Virus record (IMG/VR): IMGVR_UViG_3300031992_000016
Span: 1 to 64,000 of that record
Length of the DNA stretch: 64,000 nucleotides
Origin: a virus
Taxonomy: Duplodnaviria; Caudoviricetes
Direction: 5' to 3' (one strand)
Under the pieces are notes generated by a model. That model saw nothing but the letters and a program-made list of their open reading frames with translations. It did no database searches and was not told the origin of the DNA. Shown in pieces: positions 1 to 10,203 of the stretch. The translations under genes were made by a program, and so were the position numbers. Each line of letters starts with the position of its first letter. Positions within the stretch are counted from its first letter, which is position 1.

Positions 1-180
1 GAGGTGAGCGAAAATCAGGCGATGCTGTGGGGACTTTACACCACGAAAGAGAAGGCCGAGAAAGCGCTGACTGAGTGCGGATTTCATGGATGGATTAATG
101 AAGAGGTCGCGGAGTAATCCGCGGCCCTTTGCTTTGGGCCGGTCGCGCGCGGGCGTGCGCGACCGGAGTTGGCCTGCGTA

Positions 181-420
181 ATAGTCTTGTAATAATTTTG
201 TAACAAATTCGTAACACTTTTGTAACAAAATTGTAATCCCGAAATTGTTACGAAAGTATTAAATTTTTATTACAAAAATTTAATACTTTTTTAATAATAT
301 TTAATAATTATAAGAAAAGAATAAAAAATCGTGGAAAAATGCGATTTAACATAATCTTAATACTTTTGTAACACTTTTGTAACAAAAAAAGTGATTTTGT
401 AACACTTTTTTAACAAAAAA
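181..420. repeat. AT-rich array of TTGTAAC/GTTAC-core repeats (left)
   Basis: Many copies of TTGTAA(C/T)A and TTGTTAC in both orientations; no ORF. Confidence 0.8.
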
Positions 421-501
421 CGCTTGACAAGTGCCCGTGTAGGGTGTATAATGAAGTCACAAAAGAGGTCAAGGACAGACCGAAAAACCAGAAGGGGCAA
501 A

Positions 502-1008
502 ATGATGATGAACCGGAATTACAATCCCGCGTGCGCGATGAACAGCCTGTCTTATATGGTTACCAAATACCACAAGCTCTCCGCGTCTCACATTTACTTC
601 TTCGGTTTTGAGTTTAACGGCGCTGTTTATGCCTACACCAGCAAGAACCTGCCCCGTAAAGTCCTCCGCACTGAAAAGGCTTCCTCTAAGAACGGCGGTT
701 TCCGGCAAGTCAAGTTCCGCCCCACTAAGTTCTGGAAGATGGACATGATCCTCTCCGGCAAAGCTATCAAGGTCGCTGATATGGCCGACTTTATGGCTCT
801 TGCTCCTAAGAACAAGGGTTGCAAGTTTGAAATGTGGGTAACTGAAACCTACACCAGCGAAAAGTGGGTCAAGGATAGCGTCCGGTTTGACAAGGCTGGC
901 GATGTGGTCATCAACGGCGAAAACGTCCAGGTCAAGTTTGAAGGCGCCGAAGTCATCAACGAACGTTCTCTCCGCAATGCTTACTATGATGCGATGGGGC
1001 TGGCCTAA
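502..1008 (+). CDS. Hypothetical early protein (possible PD-(D/E)XK-like C-terminus)
   Basis: ORF after promoter 424 with RBS GAAGGGG; GDV...VQVK motif. Confidence 0.7.
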   Translation: MMMNRNYNPACAMNSLSYMVTKYHKLSASHIYFFGFEFNGAVYAYTSKNLPRKVLRTEKASSKNGGFRQVKFRPTKFWKMDMILSGKAIKVADMADFMALAPKNKGCKFEMWVTETYTSEKWVKDSVRFDKAGDVVINGENVQVKFEGAEVINERSLRNAYYDAMGLA

Positions 1009-1099
1009 GCCCCATCCATCCCGGGCCCTATATGAAAAAAACTATTGACAAAATCCAAATTATATGATATAATCCAAATGTACCAAGAGAAAGGAAGTA

Positions 1100-1543
1100 A
1101 TGAGAATGACAAAGGCAATTTGGTTCGATATGGATGGCACAATCGCTGACCTATATGCGGTGGATGGCTGGCTGGCTGACCTGCAAGCGGAAAATACAAG
1201 GCCCTATGATGAAGCGAAAGTGATGCACAATATGGCAAGGCTGGCGCGATTGCTGAACACTTTACAGCGCAATGGCTACACCATCGGCATTATCAGCTGG
1301 ACCAGCAAATGCGGTTCTGACCTCTACAATGGCGCGGTCGCTCTGTCAAAACTCTGCTGGCTGAACAAACACTTGCACAGTGTCCAGTGGGATGAAATCA
1401 AGATTGTAAAGTATGGCACTAACAAGCGTGAAACCTGCGGAGATGGTATCTTGTTTGATGATGAAGAAGGAAACCGCAAGGCATGGGGCGAAAATGCTTA
1501 TACACCTGACAAGATTTGGGAAGTGCTGACTGCTCTGCGGTGA
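1100..1543 (+). CDS. HAD-family phosphatase (5'-nucleotidase-like)
   Basis: FDMDGT motif I and ILFDD motif IV. Confidence 0.75.
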   Translation: MRMTKAIWFDMDGTIADLYAVDGWLADLQAENTRPYDEAKVMHNMARLARLLNTLQRNGYTIGIISWTSKCGSDLYNGAVALSKLCWLNKHLHSVQWDEIKIVKYGTNKRETCGDGILFDDEEGNRKAWGENAYTPDKIWEVLTALR

Positions 1544-1924
1544 AGCACTCCCAAACCCGGGCGCGAAAAAAAATTTTTAAAAACCTATTGACAAAATCGC
1601 AATCATGCCTTATAATAATAACTGTCAAGAGGACGAGGGCGCGTCCCTGAGAGAAAAAAATCTCTTCAAACCCTCTTGACAAACCCTCAAAAGTATGGTA
1701 CAATGAACAAGACGAAAGGGGATGAGCCAAATGGTCTAAGCAAGCGTGGTGTGGGTGTGGGATGAGAAGCCCAACACAACAAGACCGCAAAAGTTCTCAA
1801 AAAAAGTTTCAAAAACCTCTTGACAAACCCAACCAACCATGATATAATAAAGATGTTCCAAGGGAACAACAAAAACAAAAGGCAAGCGGATAAGCCCCAC
1901 AAACCGCAGAAAGGAATTGATACT

Positions 1925-2299
1925 ATGACTACCACCATCACCAACATCTCTGCTCTGAACACTGCTATCGAAACTCTGACCGCTGTCGAAGGTATGGAAG
2001 AGGTTGTAACCAAGCTGACCAACATCAAGGCTTCTTATGAGAAGCGTGCGTCTGCGGAGCGCAAGCCCACCAAGGCGCAGATTGCCAAGAAGGAAGAGAA
2101 CGCCGCTTTTGCGGAGGAAGTCTTTGAAGCAATCAAGGAAACTCCTGCGACTGCCAAGGCTCTGGCTGAGCGGTTCGCTGTCACTCCGCAGAAGATGACT
2201 TCTGCTCTGGTCGCTCTGCGCAAGGCTGGGCGCATCAATGACAAGGAACAGGAAAAGAAGTCCTGGCCTCACATCTGGCAGGTGGCTGTGGGCGCGTAA
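1925..2299 (+). CDS. Winged-helix protein, paralog family A copy 1
   Basis: ERKPTKAQ..K.EEN motif then HTH-like TAKALAERFAVTPQKMTSAL. Confidence 0.75.
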   Translation: MTTTITNISALNTAIETLTAVEGMEEVVTKLTNIKASYEKRASAERKPTKAQIAKKEENAAFAEEVFEAIKETPATAKALAERFAVTPQKMTSALVALRKAGRINDKEQEKKSWPHIWQVAVGA

Positions 2300-2388
2300 G
2301 CGCCCCAGCCCTGGGCCCGGGCGAAAAAACTTCTTGACAAATCAATAGCAACATGATATAATAATCATGTTGAAAGGAGCTGAACCAA

Positions 2389-2862
2389 ATGAACGCTATT
2401 CCCTCTCTTGACATTGTAAAAGAACTTGAACCGCTGACCGCTGTAGTGCGCGAGTTCGTAAAGAGCTTTGATGAAGAGTATGATGCTGTGCTTGGCCCTG
2501 GCTTCATGGCTAACATGGACGAAGATGTAGTTGTCTATTCAATCGCAATGTCTGATGCTGGCGGGCAATCCTTCCGCGACAACTTTGTAAAGCGCTTTCC
2601 TAAGTGCGATTGTCTTTCAACCTTTGCGCTGTCTCTGTTCCATGAGGTTGGACACCTTGAAACAGAATGGGACATGGACGATGATGTGGAATTGCGCAAC
2701 AGCGACAAGATGGACGATGAAACATACTATAATTTGCACAATGAGTGGATAGCTACACAATTCGCTGGTGAATGGGCCACTTCTCATTTGGAAAAAGCAA
2801 AACAATTTGATTTGAAATTCAATGAGGTTGCCCGCGCGATTATTGGCCGACTTTTGGATTGA
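2389..2862 (+). CDS. Zincin-like (HExxH) hypothetical protein
   Basis: LFHEVGH plus downstream HNEWIA. Confidence 0.6.
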   Translation: MNAIPSLDIVKELEPLTAVVREFVKSFDEEYDAVLGPGFMANMDEDVVVYSIAMSDAGGQSFRDNFVKRFPKCDCLSTFALSLFHEVGHLETEWDMDDDVELRNSDKMDDETYYNLHNEWIATQFAGEWATSHLEKAKQFDLKFNEVARAIIGRLLD

Positions 2863-3218
2863 AAATTGAAACCGCCCTTTTGTAGGGCGTTTTTCATTTT
2901 CATTTTCCCATTGCCCTCGGCCGGGCCGCGCGCGGTCGCCCAGGCTGCGTGCGGGCCGCATTTGCGCACCAACAGGCCCAACACAAAACCAAAACCAAAA
3001 TCAGCGAGCGAAAAAAATTTTAAAAAAATCCTAAAAACCTATTGACAGGCACCCCATTTGGTGATATACTTATATTGTTCCTGAGGGGAACAGAAACGAA
3101 AAACCAAAAATGAAATTAAAAAAAATTTCAAAATGGTCTTGACAAACTGCTCACCCTCTGGTATAATAAAAGAGAAGAAAGGGAAGGACACCCTACAAAC
3201 CAGAAAGGAATTGATACC

Positions 3219-3584
3219 ATGACTAACAAAATGACTTACTCTGATGCCCTCCGCAACGCTATCGCCACTGTCACTGATGAAGCTACCAAGTCCCGCCTTG
3301 AAGATTTGCTGGTTTCCATTGAAAAGCGTTCCAACTCTGAGCGCAAGCCCACCAAGGCCCAGCTGGAAAAGCAGGAAGAAAACAAGGCCCTGGCTGAGGT
3401 TGTGTTCAAGGTGCTGTCTGCTCACAGGGTTGAAGCTTCTGTCGCTGAGCTGAAAAAGCTGGACGATCAGCTTGTCGATCTGTCCTCCCCTAAGCTGACC
3501 GCTGTGCTGAAAATCCTGATCGACCAGAACAAGGTTTCTAAGGATGACAGTGGAAGGGTTGCCAAGTACATCGCCCTTGACTAA
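3219..3584 (+). CDS. Winged-helix protein, family A copy 2
   Basis: ERKPTKAQLEKQEENK; C-terminal half nearly identical to 9270-9665. Confidence 0.75.
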   Translation: MTNKMTYSDALRNAIATVTDEATKSRLEDLLVSIEKRSNSERKPTKAQLEKQEENKALAEVVFKVLSAHRVEASVAELKKLDDQLVDLSSPKLTAVLKILIDQNKVSKDDSGRVAKYIALD

Positions 3585-3712
3585 CAAACAGAGGGCAGGG
3601 GAAACCCTGCCCTCCTCCCGCCCCGGGCCGAGAACCTTAAAAAAACTATTGACAAGCTGACAATCCTGTGCTATAATCTTATTGAAATCAATACGAAAGA
3701 GATGATGACAAA

Positions 3713-4288
3713 ATGACAAGAGCAGAAATTATCGCCAATAATAATTTTGAAATCGCCAAAGAAAAATTTGAAAATGCAAGTCTGAGATGGTCTAATTATT
3801 GGTGGGAAGCTTGCGAAAAAATTTATAATGCAAGTAAAGAATGGGCAGAAAAATATATTCTTGATCCAGTAAAGCGTATTATCAAAAGAATTAAAAGAGT
3901 TTTAGGTGGCATTGATTGGAATGGTTTTGAACCCTTCCCGCATGGAGTACAGCAATTTTATTTGATTAGATTATTAAATGCCGAAGGTGAAAATGTTTGG
4001 AATAAAATCGGCACTACATCTCGAGCAACATACATTCGCATGAAAGACCATCTAAAAAACGCTGACTATCGTAAGCATGGAGTAAAAACTATTCAAATCA
4101 TCGGCCTGTGGGATTGTAAAAATGTAGACGCTGAAATTATTGAAAATCGCGTGCGCAAATATTTACGCAAAGATTACGAACAGCAATTCGTCCCAAATGA
4201 TCGTTTTGAAATAGAATTTGATATTCCCTCCCTGTCTAAAATGATAGAAGAGACAATTGCATTTGAAAATAGTTTTATGTATAATTAA
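3713..4288 (+). CDS. GIY-YIG/T5orf172-like nuclease-domain protein
   Basis: FYLIRL...KIGTT..R..R motif and later IIENRV. Confidence 0.55.
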   Translation: MTRAEIIANNNFEIAKEKFENASLRWSNYWWEACEKIYNASKEWAEKYILDPVKRIIKRIKRVLGGIDWNGFEPFPHGVQQFYLIRLLNAEGENVWNKIGTTSRATYIRMKDHLKNADYRKHGVKTIQIIGLWDCKNVDAEIIENRVRKYLRKDYEQQFVPNDRFEIEFDIPSLSKMIEETIAFENSFMYN

Positions 4289-4351
4289 AAAAGGGATTGA
4301 CAAATCCCTTCCCATGTAGTATAATAATGGTGTTGAAAGGAGCTGATAAAC

Positions 4352-4501
4352 ATGGCGAACAAGAGCAAAAGCAAAGTCAAGAATAGCTATGAAATCAACA
4401 AAGGCATTCGGCGCGATTGGGGCAACATCAACCCTGTTACAAAAATCATACCAGACAAGCGCAACAAGAAACCTAAGCACAAAAAAAATTGGGAAGAGTG
4501 A
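4352..4501 (+). CDS. Small basic protein (49 aa), below the ORF-track cutoff
   Basis: Own promoter (4296), RBS AAAGGAG, MANKSK...RRDWGNINPVTKIIPDKRNKKPKHKKNWEE. Confidence 0.75.
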   Translation: MANKSKSKVKNSYEINKGIRRDWGNINPVTKIIPDKRNKKPKHKKNWEE

Positions 4502-4572
4502 TACACACCTATTGACAAATTTAAAAAAATGTGATATAATAATTATAGAAAATCAGAAAGGAAGTGTGCGTA

Positions 4573-5022
4573 ATGGCAAAGCAACAGCGGCAACCCACTC
4601 CACCTACCAGAGAATGGATTGATGAATGGATTGACAAGTATTTGGAAGAGCATCCAAATGAAATCATTGAAGATTTCCAAGGGCTGGAAGATCAAGCTGA
4701 CTATGAGTGGTGGTGCAAAGAGATTGACGCAGGACGCCCCACACCTTACGACTTGACCAAAGAGCAAGAAAAGGAAAGCCACAAAGCAAGAGTAACGCCT
4801 GGCGGAAGTGGCAAGCCCAAGGCAAACACTGAGCGCAAGCGCAAGCCCAATGACACAAAGAGAACCATTATCGGCTGGGTTCAAACCTTGTTTGAAGGTT
4901 TCGCTCTTAATGACAAAGTGGCTAATGTGATTGTCTCCAATGTTGAAAGGTCAATAGATTTTGAAATGGATGGCAAGCATTATACATTGAGCCTGACAGA
5001 GCATCGCCCACCTAAAAAGTGA
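4573..5022 (+). CDS. Hypothetical protein, paralog family B copy 1
   Basis: Shares YDLTKEQEKE..KAR, RKP...KR.II and HRPPK with 9775-10203. Confidence 0.75.
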   Translation: MAKQQRQPTPPTREWIDEWIDKYLEEHPNEIIEDFQGLEDQADYEWWCKEIDAGRPTPYDLTKEQEKESHKARVTPGGSGKPKANTERKRKPNDTKRTIIGWVQTLFEGFALNDKVANVIVSNVERSIDFEMDGKHYTLSLTEHRPPKK

Positions 5023-5134
5023 GCGGTGCTTTTTTTCGGCCCGGGCCAAAAATTTTTTTCGCAAACCTATTGACAAACCTCTTTCAGAGTGCTATAATAA
5101 CATTGTTCCAAGGGAACAGAAAGGAAGTAAAATT

Positions 5135-5371
5135 ATGAAACCTATCAAAATTGCTGGCACTGTCTTTGATGCTGATGCACTTTCTATTGAAGCAATTGAT
5201 GCGTTAATTGAAAAACTTGAAGAAGCAAAATGCACACAACGCCGCAAAAAGGCAGAAGAATACGCAGAGAAAATTCATAACTTAATTATCGAAGCAAAAC
5301 AGCAAGATTTAAATGTGATGATTGACAATGAATGGATCCCTGATGATTTCAGAGTTGATGTTTATATCTGA
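5135..5371 (+). CDS. Hypothetical protein
   Basis: ORF with promoter 5070 and RBS AAAGGA. Confidence 0.7.
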   Translation: MKPIKIAGTVFDADALSIEAIDALIEKLEEAKCTQRRKKAEEYAEKIHNLIIEAKQQDLNVMIDNEWIPDDFRVDVYI

Positions 5372-5637
5372 TAATACAAATAAGCAATAGAAAGGAAATA
5401 AAAGCAATGTATAAAACAACTTGGATGATCACTGATGAAAGTGATGAAGGCACATTCCAGACAGAGCTGACCTTGTATCATTTTGGCAAGCGTCCCAAGT
5501 TCCCTCGCTGGTACATGGGAGAAAATCATTCTTATCAGATTGAAATGATTTGGAATTTCCATCTGATTGTTCGCCCTTCTATTTTCTTTAAATGCCTGAC
5601 CCATCAATACATTATCAGATGAAAGGAAGTATCCACA

Positions 5638-5922
5638 ATGAGAGACGCGAAAAAAGGAACTTATAATGATAGTTATACTTATTGCCCTGTTAATGCGTAT
5701 GGAGATTGTCCTTACTGTGACCAAAGTGATGTATGCCACATCGATGATCCTCTCAAAGATTGCGATGACTGGGGCGCGTTTTGGGAGAGCTGGGAAGACT
5801 GGCTAAACGCTGATGATGCAAACCCTGATGCACCAGAGGATTTTGCGGAAGATGAAATCCGCTGGGCTGGTGATGTGTATGGCTATGAAGATACAATGGA
5901 GGACAACAATGAATACTTATGA
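5638..5922 (+). CDS. Acidic Cys-rich hypothetical protein
   Basis: YCPVN..GDCPYC....CH motif; RBS. Confidence 0.7.
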   Translation: MRDAKKGTYNDSYTYCPVNAYGDCPYCDQSDVCHIDDPLKDCDDWGAFWESWEDWLNADDANPDAPEDFAEDEIRWAGDVYGYEDTMEDNNEYL

Positions 5923-6798
5923 AATCATGATTAATTATCTTAACTATGTATTTCCAAACAGAAAATTTAGTAAAGAATATTTAGACATCCTTTACGCTAT
6001 CTTTATAAAGGGATATGGCGAAGGCGAACTCGCGGGAGAAATTGAAGCAAATAAATATTGGAGCGAAAGGAAAGAAAAATAAATAAATGTATAATTATAA
6101 TAATGACCCATTTGCGAAGGGCACACAAAAATATCAACAAGAGATAGTCGCAAAAGCATTAAATGACCATTTGCTCAAATGTGTTAAAAATAGTTATTGG
6201 TGCGCTCATTGCTCTCTAAATCATAGTGGCATCTGCTTTTTTGCAAAAGAATGTTTTGAGAATGATCGAAAATATTATAGAGAAGATGATGAGGAGGAAT
6301 AAACTTCTCATTTTGCCCGGGCCAAAAAATTTCAAAAAAGTATTGACAAGCTGAAACAAATGCTGTATAATAGCTATGTAATCAAGAGGAGGTAATCAAG
6401 ATGAAGACTTTGAAGGTGCTGGCTGTGATTGGTTGCTTACTGACTATCTGGGGTCTGGTGTGGGGTATCTTCATCAAAGATTTCATTTGGGGTGCGTTTG
6501 TTGGTCTGGCGCTAATAATGCCTTATCTGGTTTGGGGAGATGAGGAAGAATGAAAAGAAGTCTTTACAAGCGTTATGATGATTTAGCCTGCTGGGATTTG
6601 GACAAAGGATGTAGGCGCATCATTGACCAGTCTCGACCTGGTAGGCGTCGCCTGAAAAAGGTTCTTCGGCGTCAAGCGCGCAAGCGGTTAAATCAGCGGG
6701 AAGAATAACCGCCCGGGCGAAAAAAATTTCTAAAAAGCTATTGACAACCTATCAAGATGGTGCTATAATAAGCATGTAATCAAGAGGAGGTAATCAAA

Positions 6799-7314
6799 AT
6801 GACTAAGAACACTTACGAAGCTCGCGCCTATAAGTTCGCCACTTTCCTTGCTCGTCTGTTTGCTGGTTGCTCTTCTCTGGAAGATTTCATGTGGGCGCTG
6901 GACTATTACAACGCTACGCACTCTCGCAAACTGCGCTGGGCGCATGGTGTTTCTCGCATTGCGATTATCCGCTCTGACTATGTTATCAAGTTTAACATGG
7001 TGCCTGATGAAGAATGGGAAGATGGTCGCGCTGGCAACTGCGAAAGCGAAGAAGCGGTCTATGAGCGCGCCTGCGAAGATGGCTTTGAGTATCTGCTGGC
7101 TAAAACCACTGTTTGCACCATCGAAGAACACACTTTCTCTATCATGCCTCGCATTAACCATGTGAATGATTGGACACGCGACTGGACAGAGTATTGCACT
7201 GATGAAGAATATAACTGGCTGGTGCAAAATGTGAATGACTTGCATGAAGGTAATGTGGGATACAGAAATCGAAAAGTGTGCGTAATCGACTACGCCTGGG
7301 ACGCGGAAATGTAA
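6799..7314 (+). CDS. Minimal protein-kinase-like protein
   Basis: GVSR...VIK, E..VY, DLHEGNVG and IDYA motifs of the kinase-like fold. Confidence 0.7.
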   Translation: MTKNTYEARAYKFATFLARLFAGCSSLEDFMWALDYYNATHSRKLRWAHGVSRIAIIRSDYVIKFNMVPDEEWEDGRAGNCESEEAVYERACEDGFEYLLAKTTVCTIEEHTFSIMPRINHVNDWTRDWTEYCTDEEYNWLVQNVNDLHEGNVGYRNRKVCVIDYAWDAEM

Positions 7315-7663
7315 TCCGCGCCCTTTTGCGTTCGACCGCGCGCTGCCGGATGTGGCGCGCGGCATTTGCCCCACAGCATACCCCACACAATTTTCGGCGC
7401 GAAAAAAAGTTCAAAAAAAACTTCAAAAAAATTCCTAAAACCTATTGACAAGACCAGCGAAAGCGAGTATAATAATAACTGTCAGGAGGGCAAGAGAACA
7501 TCCTCTCCCCTGATGGCACTGGCAAGGACGCTCTGACAAGATGCGGAAACTTCAAAAAAAAGTTTGAAAAACCCCTTGACAAAGCGCTGAAAGTGTGATA
7601 CAATAAGGATGTCAAATGAAGGGGAGCTGATAAACCCCACAAACAGAGAAAGAGGTAGATACC

Positions 7664-8047
7664 ATGATGAACACCAAGATGACTAACAAGAGCGCTCTGT
7701 CCTTTGTCCTGACCAACTGCGAAGTGCCTGCGGATGTCAAGGAGCGTCTGGAAGCGATGCTGGCTTCCCTTGAAAAGCGTTCTGAGAACGCCAAGGGCAA
7801 GGAGCGCAAGCTGTCTCCCAAGCAGGAGCAGGAGCGCAAGGAGCGTGAGGAGTTCCGCTCCAAGGTGTATGAGACTATGTGTGAGAACCTGAACTTCGAA
7901 TACACCTGCAAGGGTCTGGCTGACCTGTTCGCTGTCTCTTCTCCCAAGATGGCGAACGCTCTGACCAAGCTGGTTGAAGCTGGCAAGGTTGAGCGTCTGG
8001 TTTCCACCACCAACAAGTCCAAGGTGTGGTTCAAGGTGGTAGCGTAA
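7664..8047 (+). CDS. Winged-helix protein, family A copy 3
   Basis: RLEAMLASLEKRS, TCKGLADLFAVSSPKMANAL. Confidence 0.75.
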   Translation: MMNTKMTNKSALSFVLTNCEVPADVKERLEAMLASLEKRSENAKGKERKLSPKQEQERKEREEFRSKVYETMCENLNFEYTCKGLADLFAVSSPKMANALTKLVEAGKVERLVSTTNKSKVWFKVVA

Positions 8048-8179
8048 GCTACCACCGCCCCACCTGGGGCGCGCCGGGGCCGAAAAAAAATTTTTAAAAA
8101 CCTATTGACAAAGCTTTAAAACCGCTGTATAATAAACATGTTCCAAGTGAGAACAAAAGAAAGAAAGGATTTGATAACA

Positions 8180-8836
8180 ATGGCTTCTAAGTATAATGAC
8201 ATTTTTGGTGATACTGAGACGCTGGGTCCGCTGGATAGCCCCATCATTTACAATGGTTACATGCATTGCAGGGAAACAGATGAAGAAGTAAATGCACTGA
8301 TTAATGAATATTTCTTCAACCTTGAAAAATTCGCCACAGCGTATTATGCAAACAAGCGTCCGCAATATTTGGACGATTTGTGGGACAGCAAAATCTTTGC
8401 TGAAAATTTTTGGGACTTCCGCAAAAAAGTGCTTGCCATGCTCAACCCCAATAAAAAGAACAGATTTTTCGCTCACAATGCGAGATTTGATGTTATGGCA
8501 TTGAATAACACTTGCAGAGCGTTAAGCGATGGAAAAGTGAAATATTTCTTCCCCTATGAAGTTGAAGTTTGTGATACTCTCAAAATGGCGCGTCAAGTTG
8601 TCGCAAAAATGCCCACCTACATCAAATACTGTCAAGAGAATGGATACATGACCAAGCACAAGACGCCCAGGGTTCGCCTGACCGCTGAAATTCTTTACAG
8701 ATTTATTACAAAAGATGAAGAATTTAATGAAGAGCACAGAGGGAAAGAAGATGTTCTGATCGAAGAAAAAATTTATGACTACATCAAGAGACAGCATAAA
8801 AAGTGCAATCCTGCGCTCTACGCCCGCAAGGCATGA
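8180..8836 (+). CDS. DEDDh 3'-5' exonuclease
   Basis: DTET, AHNARFD, CDTL, EEH...EDV motifs. Confidence 0.8.
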   Translation: MASKYNDIFGDTETLGPLDSPIIYNGYMHCRETDEEVNALINEYFFNLEKFATAYYANKRPQYLDDLWDSKIFAENFWDFRKKVLAMLNPNKKNRFFAHNARFDVMALNNTCRALSDGKVKYFFPYEVEVCDTLKMARQVVAKMPTYIKYCQENGYMTKHKTPRVRLTAEILYRFITKDEEFNEEHRGKEDVLIEEKIYDYIKRQHKKCNPALYARKA

Positions 8837-9269
8837 GCGCAGGCGGCCCGGGCCGAAAATTGTATACAAAAAAAATTTCAAAAACCTATTGACAAGAACC
8901 TGAATCAGCAGTATAATATAAGTGTCCCAAGGGGCAAGGGACAGTCAAGGCCAGGTTGCCGAAAGTCAACAGAGACAATACGCATGGACTACAGAAACAT
9001 TTGGCCATTAGCAAACACAATGTGCGAAAAAAGTTTGCGAAACCCCTTGACAAAGCCCACAACCTGTGGTATAATGCAAATGTAAGATAAAGGAAAGGGG
9101 AAAAATAAAAAGCCACCCCAATCCCAATGCGCAAAAATGCAAGGCTTTGCTTCCATGTGCTTCTTACAAAGTCAAGAAATAAAAAATAAAAAAAGTTCTT
9201 GACAAACACCACAAAGCATGATATAATAAAGATGTTCCAAGAGAACAAAAGGAAAAAAAGAAAGAGGTA

Positions 9270-9665
9270 ATGAAAATGACTAACATCACCAAGAACATGA
9301 AGTACGCTGACATCCTCTCCATCCTGCATGGCGAAAATCCTGCCTATGGTTGCTCCATCGAAACTCTGACCGCTTTCATCGAACATGAAATGGAACTGAC
9401 CGCGAAAAAGAACGCGGCTCCCAAGAAGCCTTCCAAGGCTCAGGTGGAGAAGCAGGAGGAGAACAAGGTTCTCGCTCAGACGCTGTTTGAAGTCCTCGCG
9501 GCTCATGGTAAGGATGTAAGCGTCGCGGAAATCAAGAAACTGGATGATCGCTTTGTGGATCTGTCCTCTCCCAAAATCACTGCGCTGTTGAAAATCCTGA
9601 TGGATGAAAACCGCATGGTCAAAGATGATAGCGGAAGGGTGGCAAGGTATCAGGTTCTCGCCTGA
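9270..9665 (+). CDS. Winged-helix protein, family A copy 4
   Basis: KKPSKAQVEKQEENK; SVAEIKKLDD...SSPK. Confidence 0.75.
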   Translation: MKMTNITKNMKYADILSILHGENPAYGCSIETLTAFIEHEMELTAKKNAAPKKPSKAQVEKQEENKVLAQTLFEVLAAHGKDVSVAEIKKLDDRFVDLSSPKITALLKILMDENRMVKDDSGRVARYQVLA

Positions 9666-9774
9666 TACCTCCGCCCCTCGCGGGCCCGGGCGCGAAAAAA
9701 ACATTTTCAAAAAGGTATTGACAAGCTGATTGCAAGGTGCTATAATAGAACCATCGAAAGGAGCTGATGACAGT

Positions 9775-10203
9775 ATGACGAAGGAACAGTACATTGAACA
9801 GTATCTCGATGAGTATGAGCGCAAGCACCCTGATGAACGAATTGATTATGAAAAGTTGCGTGAGCAGGCTGACTGTGAATGGTATGACAAGCAGGTAGAT
9901 GCAGGCAAGAAGACTGAATACGATTTGACCAAGGAGCAAGAGAAGGAAGCCAAGAAGGCTCGACAGTATGCCAAGTCTGACAAGGAGCGCAAGAAGGTTG
10001 TGCGGGAGCGCAAGCCTGATGAGGACAAGCGCGAAATCATCGAAGTCATTGCACAGAATTTGAAGCGCGTTTGTACTGAGGATGACCAAATGGCAAAGGA
10101 AATCACTGTTGTAAATCCTGAGCGTGAAGTCACCTTTATTTTGCGGGGCGTTGAATACAGCGTCCAGGTTATCAAGCATAGACCGCCCAAGGCCCCTCAG
10201 TGA
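9775..10203 (+). CDS. Hypothetical protein, family B copy 2
   Basis: Paralog of 4573-5022. Confidence 0.75.
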   Translation: MTKEQYIEQYLDEYERKHPDERIDYEKLREQADCEWYDKQVDAGKKTEYDLTKEQEKEAKKARQYAKSDKERKKVVRERKPDEDKREIIEVIAQNLKRVCTEDDQMAKEITVVNPEREVTFILRGVEYSVQVIKHRPPKAPQ

